In this document: piece by piece, positions 30,687 to 45,501 of the stretch | How positions within the stretch are numbered: position 1 is the stretch's first letter | Layout of the letters: every line of letters begins with the position of its first letter | Assembly: GCF_009914755.1 (NCBI RefSeq) | Contig: NC_060926.1 | DNA from: the human T2T-CHM13v2.0 reference genome, Homo sapiens | Direction: 5' to 3' (one strand) | Length of the DNA stretch: 64,000 bases | Notes under the pieces: generated by a model | Told to the model about the DNA's origin: nothing | The model's input: only the letters and a program-made list of their open reading frames with translations | Database searches by the model: none | Translations under genes and position numbers: made by a program

Positions 30687-30716
<30 letters not shown>
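30687..30716 (+). repeat. (CAG)10 trinucleotide repeat
   Basis: Direct count; perfect repeat. Confidence 0.97.
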
Positions 30717-30718
<2 letters not shown>

Positions 30719-30846
30719 TTTTTTGGTAGAGACTGGGTCTCCCTCTGTTGCCCAGGCTAGTTTTGAATTCCTGGCCTCAAGCAATCTGCCTAACCTCGCC
30801 TTCCCAATGTGCTAGGATTACAGTCATGAGCCATGACACCCAGCCA
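30717..30846 (-). mobile_element. FLAM / Alu left monomer
   Basis: GTAGAGAC..TTGCCCAGGCT..GGATTACAG..CCCAGCC. Confidence 0.82.
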
Positions 30847-30859
30847 AGCTATTAATTTT

Positions 30860-31770
30860 TAAAATTTTGAAATGCTTTGTAAAATGGCACAGTTATTGAT
30901 GAGAAGTTAGAAATAGCATATTGAAGAAAATTAATATCATTCCTAAAATACCACCTAGGGAACCTGACTTCACATTTTAGGGTGCATACTCCCGGCTATT
31001 TCTATGTATATTTCTCTTTTCCTTCCACAAGCACATGGTCACTGTGTATACGCTGCCCACAGCCTGCCTTCCTCACTCATAGTAGATATTTTCATGTCAA
31101 GAAATATACTTGTACACCACCATTTTTAATGATTATATAATATTCCACTGTGTGGATGTGCCTTCATTGATCCCACGGTATCTGAAAAATGAACCTTGGC
31201 AGATAAATTTACTTTCAGTTTTTTCACTGTCATAAAGAACTCTAATCAACGTTCCTCTGTTTATCTCTCTGTCCCCTTGTCCAATTTGCCTAGGATACAT
31301 TCCTAGCAATTGGCTTCCTGCGTTGAAGAGTCGCATGTGCTTTCATGGTTTTTGCTGTATTTTGTCAAATTCCCAGAAAGGTTGTATCAGTTTATCTCAT
31401 CTGGCAGTGTATAAGAGAGCCTTTTCTCTGCCCTCTCAAGAACATTTACCTTCAGAAAGAAGAGCTTTTCCTAATATGATAGGTAGCACATGGGAACCTT
31501 GATGCTGAGTTCGCTTGCTGGCGTCTTGAGTTGCCCTTGTCTCCTTGTCTTTTAGCGTAGCTATACCTTTCAGAACCACGCAGCAAAGCAGGTCTTCCGT
31601 CGGCATCTCTCACTGGTTTCTGTTGTTACTGAAAGCACCTCCCATGCGTTACTATTCAGTGGGATTCGAGATGCAGATATGGATAGATTCTTACATAGAT
31701 ATTCTTTATTGTAGTAAGGAAATTCCTTTGTGCTCAGTGTCCTGCTAGTTTAGTTTTGGAATATAGTCAG
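30860..31770 (-). mobile_element. Old L1 (L1M-type) fragments
   Basis: TATTCCACTGTGTGGATGTGCC, GGATACATTCCTAG, AAAGGTTGTATCAGTTTA and GGAAATTCCTT..GTCCTGCTAGTT are L1-like. Confidence 0.55.
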
Positions 31771-34335
31771 ACTGGTTCTCCAGGGGGCCTTCAGATCGAA
31801 GAGATGTAATACCCATTCCATGACGCCCACCTGGGACCAGGTTGGCATCTCTCCAGGACTGCCCCATGTAGGTCTCCAGTTCTGCAGCCCTCTCCACACC
31901 CAGCTTCCATCCATCAGAACAACAGCGAGGCACCAGGTCTTCCCTGGATTCTCTCTGCAAAGTTGCTCCATCAGCAGTGGCCGGGCTGCCCTGTTACTGG
32001 CTTAGCTCCTCCTATGGACCCTGTCAGAGAGCAGAGGTCTAACTATTGAACCAGTCGCTTTATGTAAGTTAGAGAAGTGCAATCAAAATATCATTCTTGG
32101 TAAGACTCACTGACCAGTAAAAAGTGAGAGCTGATGGATGATACATTTCCAGTCAACATATGCTCACTGCTGAGCTCAGGCTCAGTCGAAGGGATGTTTG
32201 CTGCTTCTTGCCAAGGGGCAGATATGGTAACAACGATATGTATCAGAAGATTCCCTTAGGAGGCCTAAAGCCTGTTTGCTTTTCATCCAATCCCTTGAGT
32301 ATATAATCACAACCAGTTCTTCAAAAATTCTCCTATCCACAGGCTTTTTTTTGTGATGTCCCTCAGTGTTTGCCAATTCCATCCTTTCTCCTTCATTCAT
32401 AAGTATGCATGAATCTTACTGGAGTACGGAAGAGGGGCGCAATGGGGCTTTGTTGTATAATTGTATAGCAAGCAAGAGCCAATGTCATTTTCAAATGCAA
32501 TCCTTTTAATGCCAGTCTCCTTGGAACTGACATTTTTGATGCAGGTACGTAGTTCCCTATGGAAGGGGCTTAATCCAGGAATGGATTTGAATCACTAGAG
32601 CCTGAAGAGATGGCATGACCTTCCACGTAATCCTTCATGGGTTTCATTTTCACAGCCAAGCATTGGATAAAAGTGTGGAGAGGCAGTGACTTCCAGGTGT
32701 ATTCTCTGACAGGTGCATACGAGTCCGTTCTGTTGTGACTTGTTAGGGGAAGTGCTGACCCACACCAGCTGAGTTAGTCTGGTGGTCTTGGTTCAAAATG
32801 GGAAGAGGCATTCAATGGGACACCCACGAGCCGAATCCAGATTTTCCTTCATAAGAAACTTGAGAATGTGCAAATGTGTTGCTAGTTCAGGTCCCAAAAT
32901 TTTACACCGTGAGAGTGACCCAGTTATCTCAGTCTGGAAAATTTCAAAAGATCGTAGAACCAGATGATCTCAGTTAAACACGGACCATGCTGTGACACCC
33001 ACATCCTTGGCTATCTCCAGGATGTATTACGGCAGAAGGACCACTGAGAGTCATTGGCCACATGCAGTGGTGGCATAAGTGGTCAAGTGTTGGGAAAGCT
33101 GCCAGGATTGCTGGTGTTTGGGTTTCAGAGTCATTATTGTTGCTCCTAACTCTATTACTGACCACAGCGTGAAGTGGGGCCTCTCCCTGGTAACACCCTA
33201 TTGTCTGAACATGGGAACCTGCCTCCTTTTCTCTCCTCTGGGATTCAGGCCCATGTCCAGCCTCTGTAGACCTATATCAAGTCATTAAAAGTAGATGTTA
33301 ACCTGTCAGTGGACCAGAATAACTCCCTGTTTTACACTAGAGGAAAATGTTATCTGGTTTCTGAGAACACTATTCTCATCCACCTTTTCTCTCAAAGGCA
33401 GATGGGGCCCAGGTTCCAACACAAGAGCCCCCGGAGCAGGGGCCTGCATTGATCTCATATAGCATAGCCTACAGCCCGTTCTTTTCCACAGAGCCCAGGA
33501 AAAAAAATCCCGGCCAAACCATCAGATATTTTTAGTTTTCTACAAAGATGTAAACGGGTATCAATAGTGAGGTTGCTGCACCGATTCCTGGTGTATACCA
33601 CTAATTTAAGAAGCCCAGGTAATTAGTGGACTAAAAAGGAAACTAGCATGCTTTTGGGGAGACGGGATTCTAATCAGCTAATACTTCTATTATGGGGTGC
33701 TGACTTGAGAGCGCCAGGCTTGCAGTTGTATTAAATGTGGAAGATTCAGACAGAGATGAGATAGGGCCGTGCGGCAGCCCATCACCGCCAGCGCTTGCTC
33801 GTGGTGGTGAGGCCTCTCCCTTCCGGCACAGACATTTATCTTCTGTCCACGTGTGTGCCGCTCACAGTCCACGTAAGGCTGCGCCCTGGTGCCACCACCA
33901 GCCTCCTTCCATTTGCTTATCATGTTAAATTCAGGGAGCTGGGGAGAGGGTCTTGCACACAAGGAACATTGGAGCAAGAGTAAACAACTGAGTCAAGTTT
34001 AAACGGAATAGGCCAATGTGGTTATGGGCAGGGGGCGGGGGAGCGGGTAGTTCAGGAGGATCTCAGGATTATTTGTTCTTTAGGATCAAACCGAGAAGGT
34101 GGAATCGAGGGTCTTTACCACCCTTGTCTTTCTCCCTCTGTGACACAGGGATGTTCAGGCGTAGTAGCTGATGTCAGAGGATTGCCTGTGTGGGATAGGA
34201 GGGTCTAGAAGGCTCGACTCCCCTCCTAGGGCTGCTCCACACAGCTCCTGCATTAGTCAACCAAATTAAATTCCCAGGCGAGCTCCCCAACCAGTCCTCC
34301 CTAGACAAGACAGGCAAGCAAGGGCCGAGTTGATA

Positions 34336-34552
34336 GACCTGCCTGGGCAACATGGAGAGACCCCATCTCTACAACAAATAAAAAAGTGAGCCAGGTGTGG
34401 TGGAGCACACCTGTAGTCCCAGCTACTCAGGAGGCTGAGGCAGGAGGATCACTTGAGCCAGGAGGTCAGGGCTTCACAGTGAGCTATGATCGTGCCACTG
34501 CACTCCAGCTTGGGCGACCATGCAAGACCCTGTCTTTAAAAAAAAAAAAAAA
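34336..34552 (+). mobile_element. 5'-truncated AluJ
   Basis: J-type right arm; AGTTGATAGA duplicated on both sides. Confidence 0.88.
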
Positions 34553-35995
34553 GTTGATAGAGGCAGGTACAGCATTTGTTGCTGTCGGGTAGAGCGGCCA
34601 CCCACTGCCCCAGCCTTCCCTGTGGCCACTTCAGCTCCTGCGTGCTCCCAGCAGTGCCAGCATCCTCATACCTTTGTTTGGGAAAGACACCCCAGCAGTG
34701 GGGAGCTCTGGCTTTCAGTTCCTTTGCACACTGTGGAAGCAGGAGACTGACCATTTCCTAACCTTGCCAAAAACTCTGGGTGAGGGTTTTTCAATGTCTT
34801 CATTAGATGCCCTTAGGAAAAGATCTCCCTGAAGAGGTCATTTCTGTTCCTGAGGTATCTGAACACAGTTTGCTTATTGCACAAGTGTCCACGGAAGTGT
34901 TTGTGTGAAAGATCGATCACCTTTGGACACGAACTTCAAGTATCAGTCCCAGACAGATGTTTTCCACACATCGGTGTGTTCGAAAATAAACCCAGCTCTT
35001 GGCCAAACAAACAGTCGGTATGTGGCCGTGCTGTGCACCGAGCTCGTGGAATCCCAGCAGGATGACCTGCTCTTTGAAACTGTGGCTTCAGAACAAAGCA
35101 GCCAGTCATGAAACTGGGGGCACCTGACATTGCAGGACACCGTGGGGCTGGTGTGAGGCTGAAAATGTACCTAGAATGGGTCGGCTGCCTGGGAACCTCA
35201 CGAATACTGATCCCCAGGGACTGCGTGTCTCCCTCAGAACTGGGGCAGCTTTCTACTTGCAGAAGATCATGACAAGGGACTTCAGCTGGGTGGTGGCCCT
35301 GGGATGTCACTTTCCTTCCCACTTAATTGCTTTGGATTTCTCTTTCCTTTCTCGTCATCCCCCAAAAGTGTCTTTGCCTTTTTTTTTTTTTTTTTAGCCC
35401 TGAGCCCCAAGCTCAGTCCTTACATAGATTGTTTAGGAGACCAGTAATCCCTAGTTCCTTTGACTTGCAGCTCAGCCTCACTCTGTCCTTTACTTAGGAC
35501 ATAAGCTAAATCTACATACCCTTCCTACACCACAGATAGAAGATATGGAGGGAAACCTTTTTCTCCAGGTCTGTTTCATGTTGTTGAAAACCTCAAACCT
35601 TTTTCTTAGGAGAGAACCTCTGTTTCTAAGCAGTGGAATAGAATTGCTTATGGAATAGCCAGGTCATAGGATGTGATAATTTCCCTGGAAATCAGAGGGG
35701 AAAAGAAGCAAAACATGGAGCCAACTCAGACTAAGAAAGCTCCATGAAAGTTTATGCCAGTGATAACCTCCAGGCCCCAGATCTGCTCAGCTTGGGTTCT
35801 GTGAAGTCTTGACCCCAGCCATCACCCACAGCCACATCTCCCAGCCTCCTTCAGCTCTTCCCCAAAGGCTTAGGAGGTGTTAGCACTGGCTGCCTCAGGA
35901 TGATGGGGTCCCTGCACTTCCATGCTGTGTAGGTTGAGAGAAGGAGGTATGGGCACAGGAGGAAGTGATGGTAGATTTCCACTGTAGTTATTCCC

Positions 35996-36321
<326 letters not shown>

Positions 36322-37698
36322 TAACAAGGACAGCACCAGAGTGGGGAGGGGTGAATGAACCTACAGCGTCCACATCATTGCTTCCCTCACAGAGTATGTT
36401 CAGCCACCAGTTGACAGTGGGCGGGGGCTGCCCAGCCTGTCCAGGAGCTGGAGCACACCTGCATAGCTTTCAGATCACACAGAGGTGCCCTGCTGCAGAC
36501 GCTCAGGCTACATCCGTTCTAGTGGGTGTGTTTGAAGGTAGACATTGGGAAACTGGCTGGAAGGTGTCCGTTTTAGAAACATGGAGAACGAATTCTTTCA
36601 CTGGGTAGGAAGTTTGATGACATTGTCTTCTAGGTCACTTCAGACTCTGAAGAATGTGAGCTCTAAAACTTTCACCAAAAACTCTCAGCAAACTCAAGCT
36701 AATGGAGTTAGTTGGATTTCTAAGGAAAACGCTGTCCTGAAGTTGAAGCTACTGGGTGTAAGACTAAAACTGAGGCTCAAAAAAAAAAAAAAAAAAAAAA
36801 AACACCTCAGTTAATTCATCTTTCTTTCTCAAGATGCTATTATTAAATGAAACCAAAACCCAGTTGAGATAACAGATAGAAAACTCAACCAAATAATGAA
36901 TGAAACTGCCTTAATGGAGTGGCCAACTGCCCTGGTTTTCTGCAGGACTGAGGGGTTCCCAGGGTGCAGGACTTTCATAGCTAACATCAGGGAAGTCCCA
37001 GGCAATCTGGGACCTGGCCGCACTTGCTGCAGTACTGACCGCCCTAACAGCTCCTTTATCTCCACTTCGCATTTTGCAATGATAACCCTAAACATTTAAA
37101 TAAGACTGACACGGTCAAAGCAAGCACGCTGGCTGATGCTGCTGCTCTGCGGTCTACATTTTTGTGTCTTTGAAAAATTGTATGTCTCCAAGACCTTTAA
37201 AAAGCCCTAACTGCTTAACTTTCTTGGGGGAAATATATATGAGTGTCTCATGGTTTTCAGACACTTTGCTGGATCACAGTTCAGGTGGATCGAGGGCAGC
37301 CTGTTCTAAGACCCTGAGAGTCCCTTTCTGTGGACTTAAATGTGAGCCTTAGGGAGCACCTTGATAGTAAAATGGAGGCATAATGAGAAAGAACTTGGAC
37401 CTCAGGGCTTCACAGTTCAGCGTGGCCACCTATTCATCTTCCATGTCGCAAGCACGGCCGTCGAGTGCAAGGCTGCAATTCCCTGCTGACAAAGATGTGT
37501 GCAGTGAGATTCCTAAGTGGACCTGGAAGGATGAGCTGAGTGGCCTCACGGTCAAGCCAAGGACTTCAAGGTGCCCCTGTCTAGGAAAGCTCACCTGTGT
37601 TCCGGTCCTGGCTCTCTGGGCTTCCTCAGGAGGTCGTTTGGCAGCTGTGAAACTCCTCCCCTCCGGGCCATACCTGGCAGACGTGCATGAACTGCTCA

Positions 37699-38022
<324 letters not shown>

Positions 38023-38926
38023 TTAGATTCCTTTCCATTCTGCATGTGCCCACATTAAAACAGCTGTGGCTCTGTCATTTCTCCCTGACCTGCAATACTG
38101 GAATTTTCCTTCTTAAATTTTCCTCCTTTAAAATTGTTAAAGAGCTTTTCTTCTTTTCATTACTAGGCAGGTTAATTTCTATCTGAGTGGCTTGGACTCT
38201 CCTGCAACACATAAACCCTTTGATTCTGTGTGTCGTCAAAGTTTGGTTTTGTTCTTTCAAAGCCAGGGCAGCCAAACTTGGACTCTCTAAAATTATCATC
38301 AGAATGCAGATTTCAGAAAGTTTCTAGTTTCAAAATCAGACAGAAGACCCACTTCTTTACTGATGTAAAGACAACAAAAAGATCTGTGATGATTCCTAAG
38401 TAGGTATTTTCCTCAAAAGAAATCATTCAAGAAAAAAAAAAAAAGATTGCTATGAGAATAGCAGCTCGTGGCTGTGCTCAGTGCCTGTAACTGCCTTTGT
38501 AAATACACGAATTCCTCACATAGGACTGCAACATTTTACTTGAGGATTGAAGATTCACGAAGAATCTGTGATCCATCTCTTCACCCACCTTCACTGTCTG
38601 CTAGGATGGACCTCAGACTTCTTGAGGTCGTGAACATTCATTTACACTCAGAGAAACTTTTCACTGGTTTCCCCAGAACATTGAAACAGTCAGAATAACT
38701 CCTGTGCAGGCTACTGGACTGACAAATGTGAAGGCCAGATTTTCAGATGTGAAGCTGGGAAGACCAAAAAGACAGACCTCCCTTTCTTACTGAGAAGAGC
38801 GTAGTCAGACATGTCAAGTCTGGCACGCTGCTGCAGAAGGCGTGATTCATCTTAAGATCAAAAATTATTTCATCTTGCTTTCTTGGTCATAAGCTAAGGT
38901 GCTTGGAGCTGTCCTTTGGCCTTTCA

Positions 38927-39435
38927 TGTGCTGTGTCTGTGGTGCGGGTGTGCTGTGTCCTCATAAGGGTGCGCCATGTCTGTGGCGTAGTGTGCACCGT
39001 GTCCATCATAAGGGAGCGCTGTGTCTTTGGCGCGGGTGTGGCGTGGGTGTGCCATGTCCATCATAATGAAGCACCGTGTCTGTAGCGCGGGTGTGCCATG
39101 TCCATCATAAGGAAGCGCCGTGTCTGTAGCGTGGGTGTAGCGTGTCTGTGGCGCAGGTGTGCCGTGTCTGTGGCATGGGTGTGGCTTGTCTGTGGTGTGG
39201 GTGTGCCGTGTCCATCATAGGGGTGTGCTGTGTCTGTGGCGTGGGTGTAGCGTGTCTTTGGTGTGGGTGTGCCGTGTCCATCATAAGGAAGAGCTGTGTC
39301 TGTGGTGCGGGTGCACCATGTCCATCATAAGGGTGAGCCATGTTTGTGGCGTGGGTGTGGCATGTCCACGAGGGTGCACCATGTCTGTGGTGCGGGTGTG
39401 CCGTGTCCATCATGAGGGTGCGCCGTGTCCGTCAT
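38927..39435 (+). repeat. Degenerate GT/CpG-rich minisatellite (~44-bp unit built from ~20-22-bp submodules)
   Basis: Recurring TGTCTGTGGCGYGGGTGTGCC and GTGTCCATCATAAGG modules. Confidence 0.9.
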
Positions 39436-40424
39436 GCAGATGTGCCTTCATGGCCCTCCCTGATTCCCAGGCCCCATCTAGTGTACATCATTGCCTCGGG
39501 TGAGAATGTCCCTTTCTGCCCCATCTAGTGTATGTCATTGAGGAGGAGGGCTGTGTTCCCCACAGTCTGCCCAGGGGCTGTCATGTGAGTGGCACATAGG
39601 TATTGCTTAGTACACACCGGTCACAGTGACTTGAGTGCCACCACAATGAAGTTTCCAATCGTGTGACTCCTTCAGCATCTTTGCTCCTGAACTTCCTGGA
39701 CTCCAGCCCTCAACATTGACAATCCTGGCTGTGCTCTACAGATTGTGGTATGATTGAGACTAACAGTACTCACCATGTCTTACAACATGACCTCCCTAAA
39801 CTGACATAGGGTTGGGTGAACACACACACACACACGTAATCACTGCCTCACGTGGCATTATTACAAATGCTGCAAAATCTAAACACATCACTGGAATCCA
39901 AAAAGCAATCCATTTAGAGGCATATGAGGAGATTGTACAGATATTAAAGAACAAAGATCTGGAACTATGGCAACAAACCAACGTTGCTGTTCTAGCCTGA
40001 GCTGCCTGTTTTAGGCAAATGGGAATGCTTTTGGAAACAATATGAACCGCAACGGGTATTTCTGCAAGTTTCTAAGACTGGCAGGAGTCAGCTCGGGGGA
40101 AGCAGGAAGAATCCCCAGTTGGTTGGCTATTCTTGGGACCGAAGAGATAATCCCCATTGAACAGAGCCTACACTCACATCCTTGAGTCCGTGATGTTCTT
40201 CGCTTCCCTGGGAACAGCCAGAGTCCAGCTTTCCGTGTGGATTGCTTTCACAGGGATATCTGGCCCTTCAAGCCAGTGGTGTGAATGTCACCCCAAGAAC
40301 CTTGACGTGTAGATACTGCCTACTTCAAGTCATACTGCAGCTCTGCCTCTTCCCAAGATAGGATTTGAAGCAGCTTCCAACAGAAAATGGATGTGAAAAT
40401 GTATTGTGAACACATGCATAGGAC

Positions 40425-40512
40425 CATACATACATCATACACACACACATACACACACACTTAAACATACACATACACATGCACATGTACACACACATAC
40501 ACACACACACAC
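40425..40512 (+). repeat. Imperfect (CA/TA)n microsatellite
   Basis: Direct reading. Confidence 0.9.
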
Positions 40513-41229
40513 AGCTATGGGCACAACTTCATTTCAACTTGTAGATTGTGAAGTAAAGGCATTGGAACTTTGTGGCTTGCAAATCTAAATTACCTCCTTC
40601 CATCTTAAGATCTCTTCCCTCCTTTATTCTAAAGTGTGATTCGGCTCCTCTCTTAGCTGATCCTTCTGGTGTGCAGGTCAAAGAACACTGAGCTGGGAAT
40701 CAGTTGTGGTTTCCGATTCTGCCGTTGCCCCACCCGCTTCCATGTTGGTTCCAACGTGGCTTTGTGGAGTCCTGGGACTCAGGCACAGTGTGAGAATCAC
40801 TGAGCCTCTCAAGGTCAATTATGCAGTGATTGCTTGGTAGCTCTTCTTCCTCCACCCACAGCCTCGGCCTCGGCCTCCGTTTTCTCTTCCTCCTGGGAAT
40901 TCATCCAGAATGACGCCAGAAGTCACACAGAGGTGATCTTGCAGACCATACTCCCCTGAGTGTGCAGGCCTGCATTTTTGCTCAGTTCAGCTAGCGCAGT
41001 GGCCTGCTCATAAAGTTTTCCAAAACCTGTAGGCTGTATGAAGAATAGCGGTTACTCCTAAGCTGCTTTTAACTTTCACCTTGTGATTCTCATCATATTT
41101 TTGTTGATTTCCCTCCTTTGAGTTCTTTTATGTATTTCCATGATGGAGAAGATCCCCTCTCCCGCTTGGTTGATGTCCGTGCCCCTGCTCTTGCCCCAGC
41201 TTGCCTCCTCAGACTGGCCTCTCACCTGC

Positions 41230-41563
41230 TTCCTGCTCTATCGCTGTCTTTGTTTTCTTTTAGTTTCTCATACTTGCCATGTTATCTGGCCTCCGGGTCT
41301 TCACAAATGCAGTTGCCTCTGTTGAGAATGTTCTTTTCTGCCCCATCTCTTTGCCTCACTAACTCCTCTTTCCAATCCTGGCTTAAATGCTACTTCCTCT
41401 TGGGAGTTTCCCCGCACTCGGCCTATTTGGGCACCCATGCTGTGTGTGCTCTCACGTTACTCTATTGGGCCATCTCTCTGATTCTCCCACAAGACTGGAA
41501 GCTCCTTGAGGCAAGGATGTATATGTCACCAATGTATCTCTAACATCTGGAACACTGGCTTGT
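41230..41563. mobile_element. L2 3' fragment
   Basis: AGACTGGAAGCTCCTTGAGGCAAGG L2 motif, ending at a microsatellite tail. Confidence 0.6.
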
Positions 41564-41564
41564 T

Positions 41565-41607
41565 GGATGGATGGATGGATGGATGGATGGATGGATGGAT
41601 GGATGGA
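41565..41607 (+). repeat. (GGAT)10 tetranucleotide repeat
   Basis: Direct count. Confidence 0.95.
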
Positions 41608-41794
41608 GGCACAATTAGCCCATATGCTTAACCTTTCCTTAAATGTGTCGGACTAGAGTTCCTAAAACCTCGTGGAAGGAATCCACCATGCAACACTTTT
41701 AGGAAGCAGAAATATGTCTCAGCCATATTCTGGCTCCATTTGCTGCAACTTAAAGAAGGATCTTGATGGGAGAAAAGCTTCAGGATTTTGTTTG

Positions 41795-42272
41795 TTGCTT
41801 TTTTCATTTTAATTGTAAAATACATACAACATTTGCCACCTTAATCATTTTAAGTATACTGTTCAGTAGTATCATATACGTTCACGTTGTTGGGCAGTCA
41901 ACCTCCAGAACTTTTTCATCTTACAAAACAAACTCTACGCATAAACACAAATTCCTATCCCCCCTCCACTCAGCCCCTGGCAACCAGCATTCCAGTTTCT
42001 GTCTCTATGAATTTGTCTGCTCTAGGAACCTCATATAAATGAAGTCATATGCTGTTTGTCTTTTTATGACTGGCTTGTTGCATTTAACATTATGTCCTCA
42101 AGATTCTTCCAGTTGTAGTGTGTGTCAGAATTTCCTTCCTGTTTGAGGCTGAGTAATATTCCGTCACATGTACACACCACATTTTGTTTGTCCATGGATG
42201 GACACTTGCTTTCACCTCTTGGCCACTGTGGACAATGCTGCTAGGAATGTGAGCATACAGATAACTCTTCAG
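41795..42272 (-). mobile_element. L1MB-type 3' end
   Basis: CAGCCCCTGGCAACC..TTTCTGTCTCTATGAATTTG..CTAGGAACCTCATATAA..GTGTCAGAATTTCCTTCC. Confidence 0.85.
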
Positions 42273-42904
42273 AGCTTGGGTTTTAAATGTAAAAACTGTA
42301 ACATGGGAAAGCTACAGAGTATGGCTGAATATTAAACCTGCCTAACCTTACCAGCACTCTGGTCATGGTACATTTGCTGGGCCCAGTCCTGACCACAGTG
42401 AACTGTGCAGGCTTCATAACATGCATGGTGGTCTGGAAGCCATGTGATAAGAAGAAGAAAACCACCCAGCAATGACATGGTCACATGGGCTCTCCTGGAG
42501 TTTGCTAAGCACCTGGGTGACCTGGGAAAGAACTTTGTCATTCATGTGACCTGTTTGAAAGAATGTGATCAGTTGTTTCTCCCATGTGTCAACAGTTCCA
42601 AAGCCAAGGAATTAGGCCGCCATAAAAGTAGAAATGTTTTCAGGGCATAGTGACAACTTTTGTTGGAAATGGAGCCTACTAAAAACTCACTGGTGTTACA
42701 CCAACACAGAAAAGGACTCTGTATCAAAGTCTATTTCTGTCTATGTAATTCTTTCTTTGTTTTATATACCCTCAGGGTTTGGAAATGTTTGGGATTTAAA
42801 AATAAAAGGGCCGAAAGCTATCCTCACGACATTTCATTATTGATGTTGTTGACACACAGTGAATGGAAGCAGGGTGAGACTGGACAAAATAAAGTCCTCT
42901 TATT

Positions 42905-43191
42905 TCTTTTTTTGTTTGTTTTTTGTTTTATTTGGTTTTATTTGTTTTTTTGGAGACAAAGTCTTGCTCTGTTGCCCAGGCTGGAGTGCTGTGGCGTGAT
43001 CTCAGCTCGCTGCAACCTCTGTCTCCAGGGTTCAAGCAATTCCACCATGCCCGGCTAATTTTTATATTGTTGGTAGGGACAGGGTTCTGCTATGTTGGCC
43101 AGGCTGGTCTCAAATTCCTGACCTCAACTGATCCGCCCACCTCGGCCTCCCAACCTGCTGGGATTACAGGCGTGAACCACCACGCCTGACC
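42905..43191 (-). mobile_element. AluS with ~35-nt right-arm deletion
   Basis: TTCAAGCAATTC is joined directly to CACCATGCCCGGC. Confidence 0.88.
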
Positions 43192-44504
43192 AAGTCCTCA
43201 TGTTTCTAAAAATTATACCACTAAATAGTGTAGATCCTACCTAACCTATTTTCAACATTGAAAAATTCTGCCTTCTTGCATTTCTAGTTAAAATGAAAAA
43301 ATAGAATATATGTGTGTTTCTATAAATAGCAGATTTAACAGTGTGGCTGGAGGGTTTGAGTCTCTAAGCTTCCAGTGGAATCCAAGGGACATCGTCCTAC
43401 CAGTATGCCGCGTGATATGTCAGATCGTCTCTGGCCGTCCTTTGTACCCAATTGATAACATTTTGTTTTCCATTTTTGGCCTTTTCGTGTTACTCATTGA
43501 GGCCAAAAATTCTTACACAAGGTAAATAAATCAAATCCCTCTGGTTTCCTCAGCAACAGTAAGTCACAGCCGAGGACTCAGTAGGAGAGGATGACTGGGG
43601 GGGGTCATGAGGAATGTTCTTTTACTTCTACTAAGAAATTGAATTTCATTATTATATTTTATAAATATTTTCTTCTTTGGCTTATAACCTGATTGCGGGC
43701 TTGTTGCTGAGGTCTTGGAAGGTAGGTAGGGAGGGGCAGGGCTGGAGAGGCCTGTTTCTTCTCAGGTGTGCCTGTGGCCCCAGATGGAAACCAATCAAGG
43801 TGCGATTTATGTTCATTAAGTGCTTGTCAAAACTGAAAAATTTTCTAATCAACAGCAATCTAGCTGCAGCCCCCTCGATGGCTGGGAGGGCCGCCTCTGC
43901 CACATCGGCTATTTGCCTGTTACAACTCTAGGCTAAAAATCCGCTGATGATTACATTAGGCTAAGCTGCGAAGTAAATGAACCATGTCTTATTTAGGTGC
44001 CACTAGCTTCAGAGTAGTCCTGCCCCGCAGGGCACTTGATAGCATTTTATGGCTTTAAAATTAGTGTAGCTTCCCATTTGCTGCAGGGTGCTACATGTTC
44101 TGCCTTTGAACTCAATAAGCAAAGGGAACGGGGCCTTTTGTTTTTCCCCCTTCTTTTTTTCCCCTTGCATTTTAGCAATTTTGTTTTGCATCTTTTCCAG
44201 ACGGCATTTTGCAATAAAAATGTCTGACTACCATATACATGCCTCCCCCATTTAAAAAAAAAAAAGGTGGGGGAAGAGAAGGAGGAAAAAGCAGAAAATG
44301 TCATGCGTTTGCAGAGGACAGGTTCCCCCCCCACCCCCACCCCCGCCTGTGCTACAAAGTGAAAAATGGCTTTGCAGGTCAACCCTAATGACTTATCATG
44401 TCAGAATTGCTACCTCAAGTGGGAACAACACCTTTAGCCCAAGAAATTGCCACATAAAGTCAAAGGGAAAATAGTTCAGTATTTTTATTGGACAAGAGTG
44501 GTGA

Positions 44505-44705
44505 GAGCTAACATTTATGGAGGGCTTTGGCGCTCTGTTAAGCACTTGAGTATTATCTCAGTGAACCCTCGCAACAGTATCATGAAGCTAGAACTGTTTT
44601 TAAAGATGTGGACGTGGGGACCCTGAGTGACTGAATGACAGGCCCCCAGTGTGCAACTCGGAGGAGAGTGGAGGCACTCTGATTTCGAGGCTTATTCCCT
44701 GACCA
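44505..44705. mobile_element. MIR fragment
   Basis: AGCTAACATTTA..TAAGCACTT..TATTATCTCA..CCTCGCAACA. Confidence 0.55.
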
Positions 44706-45032
44706 AGAGAAAGTCAACTTTTGTCTTCCAAAGACTTCTTTAGGAAATCAGAAAAGTGTGGTTATCAGTGAATTATCTGATTCATTTGAATGGAATCTAA
44801 TACAAGGTGCTGTGAACTCCCTTGGCAGGCATTATGTTTAGGAAAACAAGAGTAGTTCCTGTAAAAGCAATGCATGGGAAAAATACGTATAGAAGACTTC
44901 TAAATAGGCCTAGGTGGAAAGTTTAAAAATTAGAAGTACTGACCCTTTGTCAAGGGGAAAAACTGAAGTGGGAGTTTGTCCGTGTTACCTTAGGTCTCAT
45001 GGCAGAAGACATGATGTAGCAATCGATATTCA

Positions 45033-45501
<469 letters not shown>

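Noticed and set aside
38927-39435. CRISPR-like array
   Set aside because: Eukaryotic degenerate tandem repeat with no unique spacers and no cas genes.
38903-39528. Cys/His-rich metallothionein-like ORFs
   Set aside because: Translations of a GT-rich minisatellite.
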